A program made the position numbers and the translations under genes. From a virus (Duplodnaviria > Caudoviricetes), in IMG/VR virus record IMGVR_UViG_3300032312_001565, positions 1-34,598 of that record: a DNA stretch of 34,598 nt, one strand, 5' to 3'. This document shows, one piece after another, positions 16,641 through 25,766 of the stretch; the stretch's first letter is position 1, and every line of letters starts with the position of its first letter. Under the pieces are notes generated by a model, which was not told the origin of the DNA, made no database searches, and saw nothing but the letters and a program-made list of their open reading frames with translations.

Positions 16641-17272
16641 TGAAGCGACCAGAGTTTAAGTCGGGCAACAAGTGGATGGTTGAAGCTCTCAACCTTGTGG
16701 CCGAATACGCGCAACGGACGGGCGTAAATCCTGGTGGCAGGCCGGGATGGAGCGAAACAGCGCAGGGATGGTTGCCGCCTAGAAACTCAATAAACGAGTT
16801 TGTCTTGACGGTGCCTTGGAAGCTTAGCGTCGAAGACGGCGAAGCTGGGGAGGTTAAAATTGATGCCGGAACCATTCTGAATAGCTCGGACTCGATCACG
16901 CAAAAGCTCACAATCTCTAACCCGACCGCAACACATACTGTTCAATCAGGTGGATACATCGCCATTAAAATCGACTCGAAAACGCCAACATCATGTGAGA
17001 TTGTAGCTCTTGAAGAATGGCCGGAAGAAGATGGCTATCAGGTCACTTTTACCGGGACCGTTGGAGATGGCGACTTTGTTTTTGTGGCGAGGCATTACCC
17101 GCTTTGGAAGTTTGTTGAAGCCGCTACGGATTCATCTACGCCAATCGGCCCAGACATTCACGGGATTCAACTCTGCTACGATTATCTTCAAATCACTTAC
17201 GGACCCTACCGAACTCCGGATGGCGAGTTCCCGCACCTGCCGAAGTTCATCCCATCACATCGCGCGGCATGA
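16637..17272 (+). CDS. minor tail protein (putative)
   Basis: ATGA-coupled in the tail-tip cluster. Confidence 0.55.
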   Translation: MMKRPEFKSGNKWMVEALNLVAEYAQRTGVNPGGRPGWSETAQGWLPPRNSINEFVLTVPWKLSVEDGEAGEVKIDAGTILNSSDSITQKLTISNPTATHTVQSGGYIAIKIDSKTPTSCEIVALEEWPEEDGYQVTFTGTVGDGDFVFVARHYPLWKFVEAATDSSTPIGPDIHGIQLCYDYLQITYGPYRTPDGEFPHLPKFIPSHRAA

Positions 17273-17964
17273 GTTTTGAGTTTAGCACTGGCATATTGCC
17301 AACCGGCGCATACGATCCGGGACTGCCGAACTTGAGCGGGTACCCATACCGAGTTCCTTTTTTCACGGTTCCCGTAGACGTTCACGATTACATGGGAGCC
17401 TCACGGGTTTTTTGGGTGACCGGAAGTGGCGACCCCAGGCGCGTGCCTCAAGAGTTCATGGCTATCGCGTTCGCCAAGGAGTGGTCTTTTGACATTTCCC
17501 TAAGCGGTTTGGGTGGGACAAAAAACTGGACCGGAACGTTAAAGCGGGGCGTGACGCGGCTAACTACCGGGGCAGAAACGGGCACGCTAATCTCGACCCA
17601 CTTTGACGCTTTCAGCCTTGGGGTTATCCCGCCAGAAACGGTGGAAGCAACATACAAAACGCAATCTGCCAGTTACGTTTTTTCAGAAACTACCGGGGGC
17701 GTGTTCTCCTCTTTGGCGATAACCTTCGATCCTCGCAGCGCCGTTTATGTGACGGCGGATGATTCATGGGTCTTTCCGCTAATTCTTTCCGCGTCCATTG
17801 GCGGTAGCGAAGAGGGGGCGTTTACGGCAATCTCAACAAGCGCGGGACTCAATTCCCCATCGAACGTTTCCGGGATTAGCATCATTGACCAGCCATTTCT
17901 AATCAACGGAGTAGGCGTAACGAGTCTTGCTGGAGCCTTTACGCCTATTTCGTGGCTGTCTTAG
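17269..17964 (+). CDS. minor tail protein (putative)
   Basis: ATGA-coupled; Ser/Thr/Gly-rich beta protein. Confidence 0.55.
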   Translation: MSFEFSTGILPTGAYDPGLPNLSGYPYRVPFFTVPVDVHDYMGASRVFWVTGSGDPRRVPQEFMAIAFAKEWSFDISLSGLGGTKNWTGTLKRGVTRLTTGAETGTLISTHFDAFSLGVIPPETVEATYKTQSASYVFSETTGGVFSSLAITFDPRSAVYVTADDSWVFPLILSASIGGSEEGAFTAISTSAGLNSPSNVSGISIIDQPFLINGVGVTSLAGAFTPISWLS

Positions 17965-18215
17965 TTTCGGAAGATCGACACAATTTCGTCAATGTCAGGC
18001 GGGTTTAGCATTGGGTTTGCTCTTCCTACGTTGTGCCAAAGCTCGCGCTCCATACCTATTGTCCATTGATTTCGCTCAATGGACTCAAGCCTAGACTCGA
18101 TTTTAAAGGCGGCGCGTGACAGGTTCCAAACTCCGGCCCCAAGTATAAGCAAGAGTCCAATGGAAATTTGAATCCCGTATTCTTTGGTTATCGCTGTAGC
18201 TTTTTGTGCTGTCAT
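17961..18215 (-). CDS. single-TM coiled-coil protein (holin/XhlA-like lysis accessory)
   Basis: ISIGLLLILGAGVW followed by IESRLESIE; follows the fibre genes. Confidence 0.55.
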   Translation of the reverse strand: MTAQKATAITKEYGIQISIGLLLILGAGVWNLSRAAFKIESRLESIERNQWTIGMERELWHNVGRANPMLNPPDIDEIVSIFRN

Positions 18216-18217
18216 CT

Positions 18218-19744
18218 TTACGAAATGACGTGCCAAACATTTTCCGCAGACCTCCAAATGTGAAAAGGTCTATCTGTGTGGGAAAGCGTTATGCTGCCGC
18301 TTGAATCCCCTGCGCTTATCAGTATCACTCCACCAGCCCCAGAAATCGTGACGGTCCCTGAATTTTTCCGGTTCACAATCCAGAAATGAGAATTAGCAGC
18401 CCACTGGCCCGTTGCTTGGCTCGTAATGGTTGCATCGCTGAAAGTGTCTATGCATTCGACTTTTTTTCCATTATCGGTGGATGTTAATTGTGTCGATGAA
18501 GCGTATTGCACAATGCTCGACGGAAGCGCTGCCGCTGTAGGCGATGTAGCCGATAGCGTTCCGGCAGAAAGGCTAAGCCCGGTTCCAACTGTGATTTCTT
18601 CCGGCGCTCCTGCGCTTGCTGTCGTTCGCCCAAGAAGTCTGGCCGTCGCCATCGTTAATCCTGAGCTTGTGATTGCTCCCGCGCTGGCGTAATCAGTCCC
18701 AGCGGTCGCAGCAGACAAGACGCCGCTGGTAAGCTTGGCGATGCCCGTGGTAGTTGCACGCTTGAGCTGCTTGCCGTCGGTCCCGTTAAACAAAACCACT
18801 TCATTGGCAACGCTCGAAGCAACGCCTTTGCTTGTTTCCAAGGCTAGGATTGCTTGTTTGACGCGCTCTGCCGTAAAGAGGCGCGCAGTGGAGGCAGTCC
18901 CGGCCTCCGCTTCTGCTTGCGTAATTGTTTCAGGAAGCACTGCCGACGAGTCTACTTGCACCTGCTGCCATATTTTTGTGTTTGTGCTGGCGTTGTAATC
19001 ATCTGGCCGGATCACGCTTGGTGACGATTCTGCCGTGGTCCCAGAAATGAGACGGTAGGTTCTTAGAACATTAGGGGAGGCATCTTGATCGACAAATTGA
19101 ACGAGCTTTCCTACGGTTACCGCAACGGTCGGAACCGCGTCGAGGTCTGCGGCAGTGCCTCCGATTTTGCTTGTTACCGTTGCCAAGTATTCCGCGCCGG
19201 ATGCCTTGAGAAGGTATTCGGCGGGATTCGCTGCGCTTGCAGGCGTCGCCTCATCACCAACGAGGATGTCATGGTAGATCGTAAAAGGAATTGGCTCAAT
19301 CGAGCTTCTCCACCCTCCAGATCCACCCGATTGGTAGGTTAGCTCGAAATTACAGCCAAGGGTCTCCAGATCGTTGGCAGCATTGTTGTCGTCTCGGAAA
19401 AGCGCCGTGCTGATCTCGGTGGTGTTGAGATCAAGTGCGCCCGTGTAGGTGAAGTTTACGGCGTCGTGCGTCCATGTGGAATTGGATGCCAGCAGAGTGC
19501 CATCCGAAAAAGCGCCATCCGCCTTGATACCGATCTTGATGACCGTTCCGCCGGGGAGGTTTTCCGGCGTCCAGGTGGGAGCGGTGACGATTGAGGACGC
19601 GCTGGTCGGATCGGAGGATCGCCCAAAAACGAGCTGGATCTGCGTTCCGCTGTCCCCTGCTTTTCCGGCGAGGCCGGTAATCGTCGTATCTTGGCCGGGA
19701 GCGGACACTAGGCGATCAATGCGGAGGTCGAAGAAGAGTTTCAT
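18218..19744 (-). CDS. tail fibre / baseplate-associated structural protein
   Basis: Thr/Ala/Gly-rich; fibre motifs TQAEAEAGT, TGIAKLTSGVLSAATAGTDY, LLGRTTASAGAPEEITVG. Confidence 0.75.
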   Translation of the reverse strand: MKLFFDLRIDRLVSAPGQDTTITGLAGKAGDSGTQIQLVFGRSSDPTSASSIVTAPTWTPENLPGGTVIKIGIKADGAFSDGTLLASNSTWTHDAVNFTYTGALDLNTTEISTALFRDDNNAANDLETLGCNFELTYQSGGSGGWRSSIEPIPFTIYHDILVGDEATPASAANPAEYLLKASGAEYLATVTSKIGGTAADLDAVPTVAVTVGKLVQFVDQDASPNVLRTYRLISGTTAESSPSVIRPDDYNASTNTKIWQQVQVDSSAVLPETITQAEAEAGTASTARLFTAERVKQAILALETSKGVASSVANEVVLFNGTDGKQLKRATTTGIAKLTSGVLSAATAGTDYASAGAITSSGLTMATARLLGRTTASAGAPEEITVGTGLSLSAGTLSATSPTAAALPSSIVQYASSTQLTSTDNGKKVECIDTFSDATITSQATGQWAANSHFWIVNRKNSGTVTISGAGGVILISAGDSSGSITLSHTDRPFHIWRSAENVWHVIS

Positions 19745-20160
19745 GCTGTGAGATTTTCGATGCCTGCTTTCATGGCCGTTTTGGTTGCGGAGAAGACGAT
19801 TACTTGTTCTGCGGTGTAAGAGGTTGGCGCCTCCGCGTATTCGATCATTGCGATTGCGGCTTCGTCGTCGCCCTCGTCGAGGAGCGTGTTGGCGACTTCA
19901 AACTTTTCGCGAAAAGGGCCGCGAATGTAGGCGGGGAGGGCTTGCCATGCGCCGTAAAGAGCGGAGCGGCCTGCCGCCCGTGCGTCGATGTCTGCTTGTC
20001 TGGCGGTTATTACGGATTCCGCGAATGCGCGTTTTGCCTCGATCTCTTGCGGCGTCGGCACGCTGCCCCCATCTCCAGCGCTGATCTCGTCTCCGTAGAC
20101 GCGCCATCCGCCTCGATCTGGCCAAGCAATTGAAAGAATGTCGTGAATGGTCGCTATCAT
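19741..20160 (-). CDS. tail fibre assembly chaperone-like protein
   Basis: Between two fibre genes; W...PTPQEIEA pattern. Confidence 0.5.
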   Translation of the reverse strand: MIATIHDILSIAWPDRGGWRVYGDEISAGDGGSVPTPQEIEAKRAFAESVITARQADIDARAAGRSALYGAWQALPAYIRGPFREKFEVANTLLDEGDDEAAIAMIEYAEAPTSYTAEQVIVFSATKTAMKAGIENLTA

Positions 20161-22247
20161 GGGATTCTGAGAACCTGCATCGTGAAGCCTTTATAAAGGG
20201 TGAAGGTTGAGCCGTTTACTTCTCCGCCGACTTGAAGCTGAACAGTGCCTGCAGTCGATCCGTTGCACACGTAAATCTGAATCATAATAGGCATCGCGCT
20301 ATTTATCAGTGTTCCGCCGCCTTGAGTCGCGGTTGTGCTGAATGCAGTTATTCCCGATTCAGTTCTGACTGCGGTGGCCGAAGTGAAAGAAAAGTCGCCG
20401 ATCTGAACATCGGTCGGCGAGGCTGGACCCGTGAAAGCATATTTGAAACCGGAGTTAGAAGTATTCGTTGCCCAAAAGCCGCGAAATATAGCAGAGACTT
20501 TTTCATTGGCGGCAATGGTAAAGGACATCCCAGTAACGTTAACGACAGCGCCTGTCGTGTCCGTGATGTTGCTGGTCGTAACAGCGGCAGGCGTGATAAA
20601 ATCTCCGATCACACACTCCTCGAAAAACCCCGAACCTGCGGTTTTTCTACCAATGATTTTCCCTTTGGCGGTTGCTGAAACAAGCCCACTTAAAGGAAGA
20701 GCACCTGAAGCCAAAGGGCCAATCCAAATGTTATTTACCAAAGAGGCATAATGATCAACCGCAAGTGCTCCAAGTGAAGGGGTTTCGGACCACTCCGTAT
20801 AACCTCCACTTACACTGCCAGTCGTTCCGCTACCGCTACCGCTTCCCCCATTTGAAGAAAATGCCGCAATGTAACAATGCTGAAGATCAAACTCTGGGGC
20901 GCTCCCTCCGTTATTGTCTCCAGAATGAGCATTGCTTCCTGATAAATTGACCGTAAGAGAGACTGAATGGTCACTAATCAGCCTCAGATAATACGGCATC
21001 TTTCCGGCTGGACTTTCTTCGGTGGCTTGAGTTCCTGACCAGTCAATGGTCAGGCTGCTGGTGTTTTTCCCAAGGCCAACAACCCGCACGGTCTCGTAGC
21101 TTCCACCTTCTGGAGTGGTTGAATAATGGGTCACGGTGTAACTACCCCCCCCAAGCTCCAGATTCCTTGCCCCAGCATCCCACGCCGCTTGAGCGGTCAG
21201 GTAAGGGAGAGATGGGTTTCCGATAGTTCCGGTCGTATTGTTACCACCACTGCGGACATATGCGATTCCCGTTCCGGTAATGGACGATCCGCCACCTCCC
21301 GCAGGAGTCGCGAAACTAGGCGCGGCAGATGCGCCATTACTCTTGAGAAATGTATCATTCGCACCAAGGGCAAGCTCAACAAGCTGACCGCTACCGTTGG
21401 AGTGAAATACCTTCCAGTTTCCGGCGGTGTGATCGCTGGTCGAGGTCATCGCGTGCGACCGATCATGGAATCGCGCATCGTTGCCTTGTGCGAATTGACC
21501 CGCTGAAGTTCCGAATGCCCCTGCCTCAAGGACGCCGCTAGTGCCGGTCTTGATCGGCAGGCCCGAGGTCGAGCCGATTGCGCCAGCATTTGAAATGCCC
21601 CCATGAACGTGGCTTGTCGGCGTCCTTGCGTCGGTCAGTCGAGAGTCGTTTGTGGCAACGTAATCAGTCCCGGCAACGGCAACGTCCAGCGTATTGCTTG
21701 CGGCCTTGAGAATGCCCGTTAACCCGCTGGTGGCGGTGTTCGTGGTAAGCGTCGGTTCCGCAGCGCCGAGGACTGCAACCGATACCGAGACGGCTCCGCT
21801 TGTAATATCCACATCAATGGCTGGCGATGAAACAACGGCGGAAGATTCTGCGATGTCAGATCCAGGTGCCACCCAATCGGCCTGCCCTTGGAGACGCAAG
21901 AGAACGTCACTGCCTTCGGTCGCGGAGATGTCCACCCAGTATTCTGTTTCGCCTTTAGCCTGGACATCTTCCAACGTCCAGCCCGAAGCGAAGGCCGGAA
22001 CGGTCGCTGCATTGGTCGCAATGTTCAGCGTGATGACCTGCCCCGCGATGGTCAGATTTGCCTCGCCGGAATCGGTTCCGAAAACGCGCCTGACCGTGCC
22101 GGAACGCGCCCTCATTCCAAAGGTCACGAATTTGCCCGTCATCGAAAACTCTGCCCCGATAGTCAGGCTCAATCGGAACGGTGCGCCCTCCGCAAAATAG
22201 AATTTAGGCAGATCGGCAACGCCAGAGATGACGGGAGAGTCAGGCAT
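20157..22247 (-). CDS. tail fibre / receptor-binding protein
   Basis: Adapter-like N-terminus, DSRLTDARTPTSHVHG and GNDARFHDRSH HxH repeats, Gly/Ser/Thr-rich, beta-sandwich-like C-terminus. Confidence 0.8.
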   Translation of the reverse strand: MPDSPVISGVADLPKFYFAEGAPFRLSLTIGAEFSMTGKFVTFGMRARSGTVRRVFGTDSGEANLTIAGQVITLNIATNAATVPAFASGWTLEDVQAKGETEYWVDISATEGSDVLLRLQGQADWVAPGSDIAESSAVVSSPAIDVDITSGAVSVSVAVLGAAEPTLTTNTATSGLTGILKAASNTLDVAVAGTDYVATNDSRLTDARTPTSHVHGGISNAGAIGSTSGLPIKTGTSGVLEAGAFGTSAGQFAQGNDARFHDRSHAMTSTSDHTAGNWKVFHSNGSGQLVELALGANDTFLKSNGASAAPSFATPAGGGGSSITGTGIAYVRSGGNNTTGTIGNPSLPYLTAQAAWDAGARNLELGGGSYTVTHYSTTPEGGSYETVRVVGLGKNTSSLTIDWSGTQATEESPAGKMPYYLRLISDHSVSLTVNLSGSNAHSGDNNGGSAPEFDLQHCYIAAFSSNGGSGSGSGTTGSVSGGYTEWSETPSLGALAVDHYASLVNNIWIGPLASGALPLSGLVSATAKGKIIGRKTAGSGFFEECVIGDFITPAAVTTSNITDTTGAVVNVTGMSFTIAANEKVSAIFRGFWATNTSNSGFKYAFTGPASPTDVQIGDFSFTSATAVRTESGITAFSTTATQGGGTLINSAMPIMIQIYVCNGSTAGTVQLQVGGEVNGSTFTLYKGFTMQVLRIP

Positions 22248-22317
22248 GCCGATGCCTCCACAAAACGAACGGGATTTTCAACTTGATTTTGCGCGGCGTT
22301 TTGTGGAGTCCTCCGAC
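22248..22317. promoter_or_regulatory. divergent late promoter pair (tail fibre / terL block)
   Basis: Minus: TTGAAA-N9-GTTTTGTGG-N10-ATG; plus: TTGATT-N9-GTTTTGTGG-N11-ATG; core CAACTTG. Confidence 0.75.
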
Positions 22318-23289
22318 ATGCTCAGATTGCGATACGACGACAAAGGCCAGGTGCGGGGATTGCCTGATGCGATTCGCCCCGGTGATAGCCTAAGCGTCGA
22401 GCTGATCGCTGATCATTTAGAGATTGCCAGCAGTGATACGTTGAGCTTGTCCCTTGCGCTCGAAAAGCCCGTGCCGATTTCATCTGGCGATTGGTCGATC
22501 ACCTGGGGCGCTTCCACCGTCGAGCTTCCTGCTGCCGGGATTGACGCGCATTTGCTTGGCTTGGCGCTCAATCGACTTTCTGCCATTGTTTCGGCAGGTG
22601 GCGTAGATGTGGCCGGAAAAGATGGACTTTTTACCGTCACGTTTCGCGGCAATGGAGCAAGAGCCGATTTCACCATTGCCCATTCCGCCTTCGGGACGAT
22701 GACGAATCGTGCGCTTACGCTCATCGCTGGCGGCGCATCTAACGTCGAGACGGTCGAGATTGACTTAACTTTGCAAACGCTGGTGGCGGTGACTAGCGCA
22801 TCGAACATTAGCGAGGCTGCCGTTACCGTGGCAAACGTGGCGACCGGGAGCGTTAGCGTGGCGCAGAATGACCGCATAACCATTTCGAGGATGCCGGATG
22901 CTGGAAAGTTCCAGATCAGGACCGCGACCGATACCGGCACGATGTGGCTTTCGGCGGATGTTTCAACGTATCAAATTGAAACGGCTCTGGAGGACATCGA
23001 GCCGGGAGAGTTCCTAGTCGCAAGAGACGCCACCGGAGAGACAATCAAGATCGAGGTCAAGCGAACTGCCGTGGGAGTCAATCCTGCGATAACGGTTTCC
23101 GAGACCTTTATCGGCCCCATCGGCATCACCATGACGCTGGACACTTCCAAGGTGCTGCGATTGCTCGACGCGGCCAGCGTGGCACTGCCAACTGCGGCGG
23201 TCTTGACCTTCTCGCGAGGCACGGAGACGCAATTTTCGCAACTGGTGACTCTGGCTCCGGTATTGTTGAGCCACGGGCAACCTGTTTGA
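22318..23289 (+). CDS. beta-rich virion structural protein (putative tail component)
   Basis: Start moved to ATG 22318 (MLRLRYDDKG) by promoter motif; two similar segments (WSITWG..ALNRL..GGVDV; FQIRT..IETALE). Confidence 0.6.
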   Translation: MLRLRYDDKGQVRGLPDAIRPGDSLSVELIADHLEIASSDTLSLSLALEKPVPISSGDWSITWGASTVELPAAGIDAHLLGLALNRLSAIVSAGGVDVAGKDGLFTVTFRGNGARADFTIAHSAFGTMTNRALTLIAGGASNVETVEIDLTLQTLVAVTSASNISEAAVTVANVATGSVSVAQNDRITISRMPDAGKFQIRTATDTGTMWLSADVSTYQIETALEDIEPGEFLVARDATGETIKIEVKRTAVGVNPAITVSETFIGPIGITMTLDTSKVLRLLDAASVALPTAAVLTFSRGTETQFSQLVTLAPVLLSHGQPV

Positions 23290-23300
23290 TGGCTTAAAAC

Positions 23301-25184
23301 ATGAATGAGGCGGCACTTGATCGGTATTACCGGGGAACTCTCAGGCACTTAGAGCGTGCGTTCCGATTTCAGCGCACCATGACCGCGCCGGAATGGTCCG
23401 AGAAGGTCCGACGCATGGAGGGCGGCAGACGCTTCCGCTTCGACTTCGCTCCGTATCAACGCGAAATGATGGAAGCGCCATACGATCCGCGCGTGCAGAT
23501 GACGGTTTACATGCTCGCCAGCCGGATGGGCAAAACGGAGGTGGTAATGAATCAGATCGGCCACAGCATCGCCGAGGCTCCTAGGCGCGTCCTTGTCATG
23601 TATCCGACGATTTCGCAGACCGAGAAATGGTCGAAAGAAACGCTTATGGGCGAGCTGGTCAATCCGACGCCTGATCTTGCCTCGCTGATCGGCGACGATT
23701 CTGGCCGGAGGAAAAGCGGGAACACGATTTTGCACAAGCTCTTCCCTGGTGGCCTTGTGAATGCCTTCGGGTCAAACGCTCCAGGTGAGATGCGGAGGGC
23801 AAAGGGAAACTTTCTTTTCGCGGACGAGATCGACGCCATCGAATCGACCGAATCCGACGAAGGCGACCCGCTCGAAATCTTCTGGGTCCGAGGTTCCGAA
23901 TATGCGGACACAATCAAAATTGCGGCATCGTATCCAAGCGTCAAAGGCAAGAGCAAGATCGAGGCGCTGATGCTCCAATCTGATTGGCGAGTCTGGATCG
24001 CGCCATGTCCGCATTGCGCCAAGGAGTTTGTCCTGCATCGACGACAGCTCAAATATGACCGCGACAAGCCCGAGGACGCTTGGATTGAATGCCCCGAGAG
24101 CGAGTGTCGAATCACCGATGCGGAGCGCATGGACATGATTCGCAATGGCAGGTGGCAGGCAACGCGCCCGTTCAACGGCATAGCAGGATTCCACGGTTCG
24201 CGGATGATGTCGCCGCATCCTCCCCAAAAGGGATTCGCTAGTCATCTGCATTGGGCGGCAGTCGAGGAGCTGAAGATTGAGGCGGCAGACAATCGCGAAA
24301 AGGCCAAGCGGGTTTTGATAAATACCTTCGACGCTGAAACCTACCAGGCGCCCGAGGAAGAGATGCCGGATCCGGTCGGCCTTGCTCAGGAGGCTTACGA
24401 TTATTTGGAACGCGTTACGGAAAACCAGTTTAAGATTCCCGCTGGCGTGCTGGTCGTCACTGGCGGCTGCGACGTTCAAGGCGACCGTTTGGAATTTGAG
24501 TTTGTTGGCCATGGTGCGAACGGCCAGACGTGGGGGCTAGGGTATCACATTCTGAGCGGGGGAACGATGGAGCCAGAGGTATGGCAGAAGCTCGATGCGC
24601 TGCTTCAGACTGAGTTTCTCCACCCGTGCGGAAAGGTGCTGCGAGTTGCTTCCGTTTTCATCGACTCGAAATACCGGCAGGCCCAGGTGCTGGCATTTAC
24701 CAAGGTCCGACAGGCTCGCGGCGTTTTTGCAATCTTCGGCTCGACGGTCTTGGGCAAGCCAATCGTCTCGCAGCCCAAGAGGGAAAAGCGCGGGACGTTT
24801 TTCGAGATCGGCACGCACGAATGCAAGAGCATGATCTACCAAAACGCGGCTTTGCGCCAAGATCGCAAATCTTCCACGTTCCCGCATAATTACATGCATT
24901 TCCCCAGCGGACATGGTTATACGCCGGAATATTTCCAGCGCCTCTTGATTGAGAAGGTGACGCTCAAAAAAGGACAAGACGGGAGCTTCTACGAGTTCTT
25001 CGACAAAAAGGACAAGCGCGACCGGAACGAACCGCTCGACGTTCGGGTCTACAACATCGCCGCCGCGAAGAAGCTCGACATTGCCTTTGCCACGATTGCC
25101 AAGAAATACGCGGAATATGCGGCAAAGAACGTGCCGGATCGAGGTAAAGAGCGCGAATATACTCTCGATTTCGTATCCGATTAA
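23301..25184 (+). CDS. terL: terminase large subunit, lambda GpA family
   Basis: APYQRE, ASRMGKTE Walker A, FADEID Walker B, CPHC..CPESEC, GCDVQGDRLE nuclease, RNEPLD. Confidence 0.96.
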   Translation: MNEAALDRYYRGTLRHLERAFRFQRTMTAPEWSEKVRRMEGGRRFRFDFAPYQREMMEAPYDPRVQMTVYMLASRMGKTEVVMNQIGHSIAEAPRRVLVMYPTISQTEKWSKETLMGELVNPTPDLASLIGDDSGRRKSGNTILHKLFPGGLVNAFGSNAPGEMRRAKGNFLFADEIDAIESTESDEGDPLEIFWVRGSEYADTIKIAASYPSVKGKSKIEALMLQSDWRVWIAPCPHCAKEFVLHRRQLKYDRDKPEDAWIECPESECRITDAERMDMIRNGRWQATRPFNGIAGFHGSRMMSPHPPQKGFASHLHWAAVEELKIEAADNREKAKRVLINTFDAETYQAPEEEMPDPVGLAQEAYDYLERVTENQFKIPAGVLVVTGGCDVQGDRLEFEFVGHGANGQTWGLGYHILSGGTMEPEVWQKLDALLQTEFLHPCGKVLRVASVFIDSKYRQAQVLAFTKVRQARGVFAIFGSTVLGKPIVSQPKREKRGTFFEIGTHECKSMIYQNAALRQDRKSSTFPHNYMHFPSGHGYTPEYFQRLLIEKVTLKKGQDGSFYEFFDKKDKRDRNEPLDVRVYNIAAAKKLDIAFATIAKKYAEYAAKNVPDRGKEREYTLDFVSD

Positions 25185-25194
25185 CCAAAAGCCC

Positions 25195-25229
25195 TTGAAT
25201 TTCGGCTTTGTTTTGTCGATGCCTCCGAT
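25195..25229 (+). promoter_or_regulatory. late promoter motif (adaptor-portal unit)
   Basis: TTGAAT-N9-GTTTTGTCG-N11-ATG. Confidence 0.7.
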
Positions 25230-25766
25230 ATGGCAGCTCTACCCTCCCGCGCATTCTGCGGAGAATCGTTGGAATTTACCGCAACTGTAACGTCAGGCGC
25301 TACAGGATCGGCTCATTTCCGCAGCATTGACACCGGCGAGGTTGTCACGGTTCCGCTGTCCGTATCTGATACAACGGCAACCGCTACCTATGCGCCAGAA
25401 AAGACGGCCAATCTGACAGCCGGGATCTATGTCGTTGCCCTCACGCTCGAGGTGGCCGGGATTCGGTCGGTTGAGTCCATTGGCAATATCACGCTTCAAG
25501 CCCCGCCGGATCGCGCTCCGCTGCCGAGTCATGCGCGGAAAATGGTTAAAGCTTTGGAAGCCCATCTTGAAGGTCGAATCTCAGACGACGAAGGCCGAGG
25601 TCTTGAAACCTACACCGTCGGAGGCGTGCCGATTACGAAAATCTCCTTGATGGACGCTCGCGAGCTGTTGACCAAATACCGGCGCGATCTCGACACCGAA
25701 ATTGCCAAGGCTCGCGCAGACGCTGGCCTTTCCAACGGTCGCACAATTTACTCCAGATTTGAATGA
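25230..25766 (+). CDS. gpW-like head completion protein with N-terminal beta domain
   Basis: Between terL and portal; SHARKMVKALEA...YTVGGVPITK...YRRDL. Confidence 0.7.
   Translation: MAALPSRAFCGESLEFTATVTSGATGSAHFRSIDTGEVVTVPLSVSDTTATATYAPEKTANLTAGIYVVALTLEVAGIRSVESIGNITLQAPPDRAPLPSHARKMVKALEAHLEGRISDDEGRGLETYTVGGVPITKISLMDARELLTKYRRDLDTEIAKARADAGLSNGRTIYSRFE

Noticed and set aside
18218-22247. Diversity-generating retroelement or invertase-driven fibre switch
   Set aside because: No reverse transcriptase, no adenine-variable TR/VR pair and no recombinase seen; both fibre genes are co-oriented
22228-22317. N-terminal extension of the 353-aa ORF
   Set aside because: Runs through the divergent promoter and overlaps the fibre start; ATG 22318 fits the motif
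23349-24977. Several minus-strand ORFs of 128-246 aa
   Set aside because: Shadows of terL
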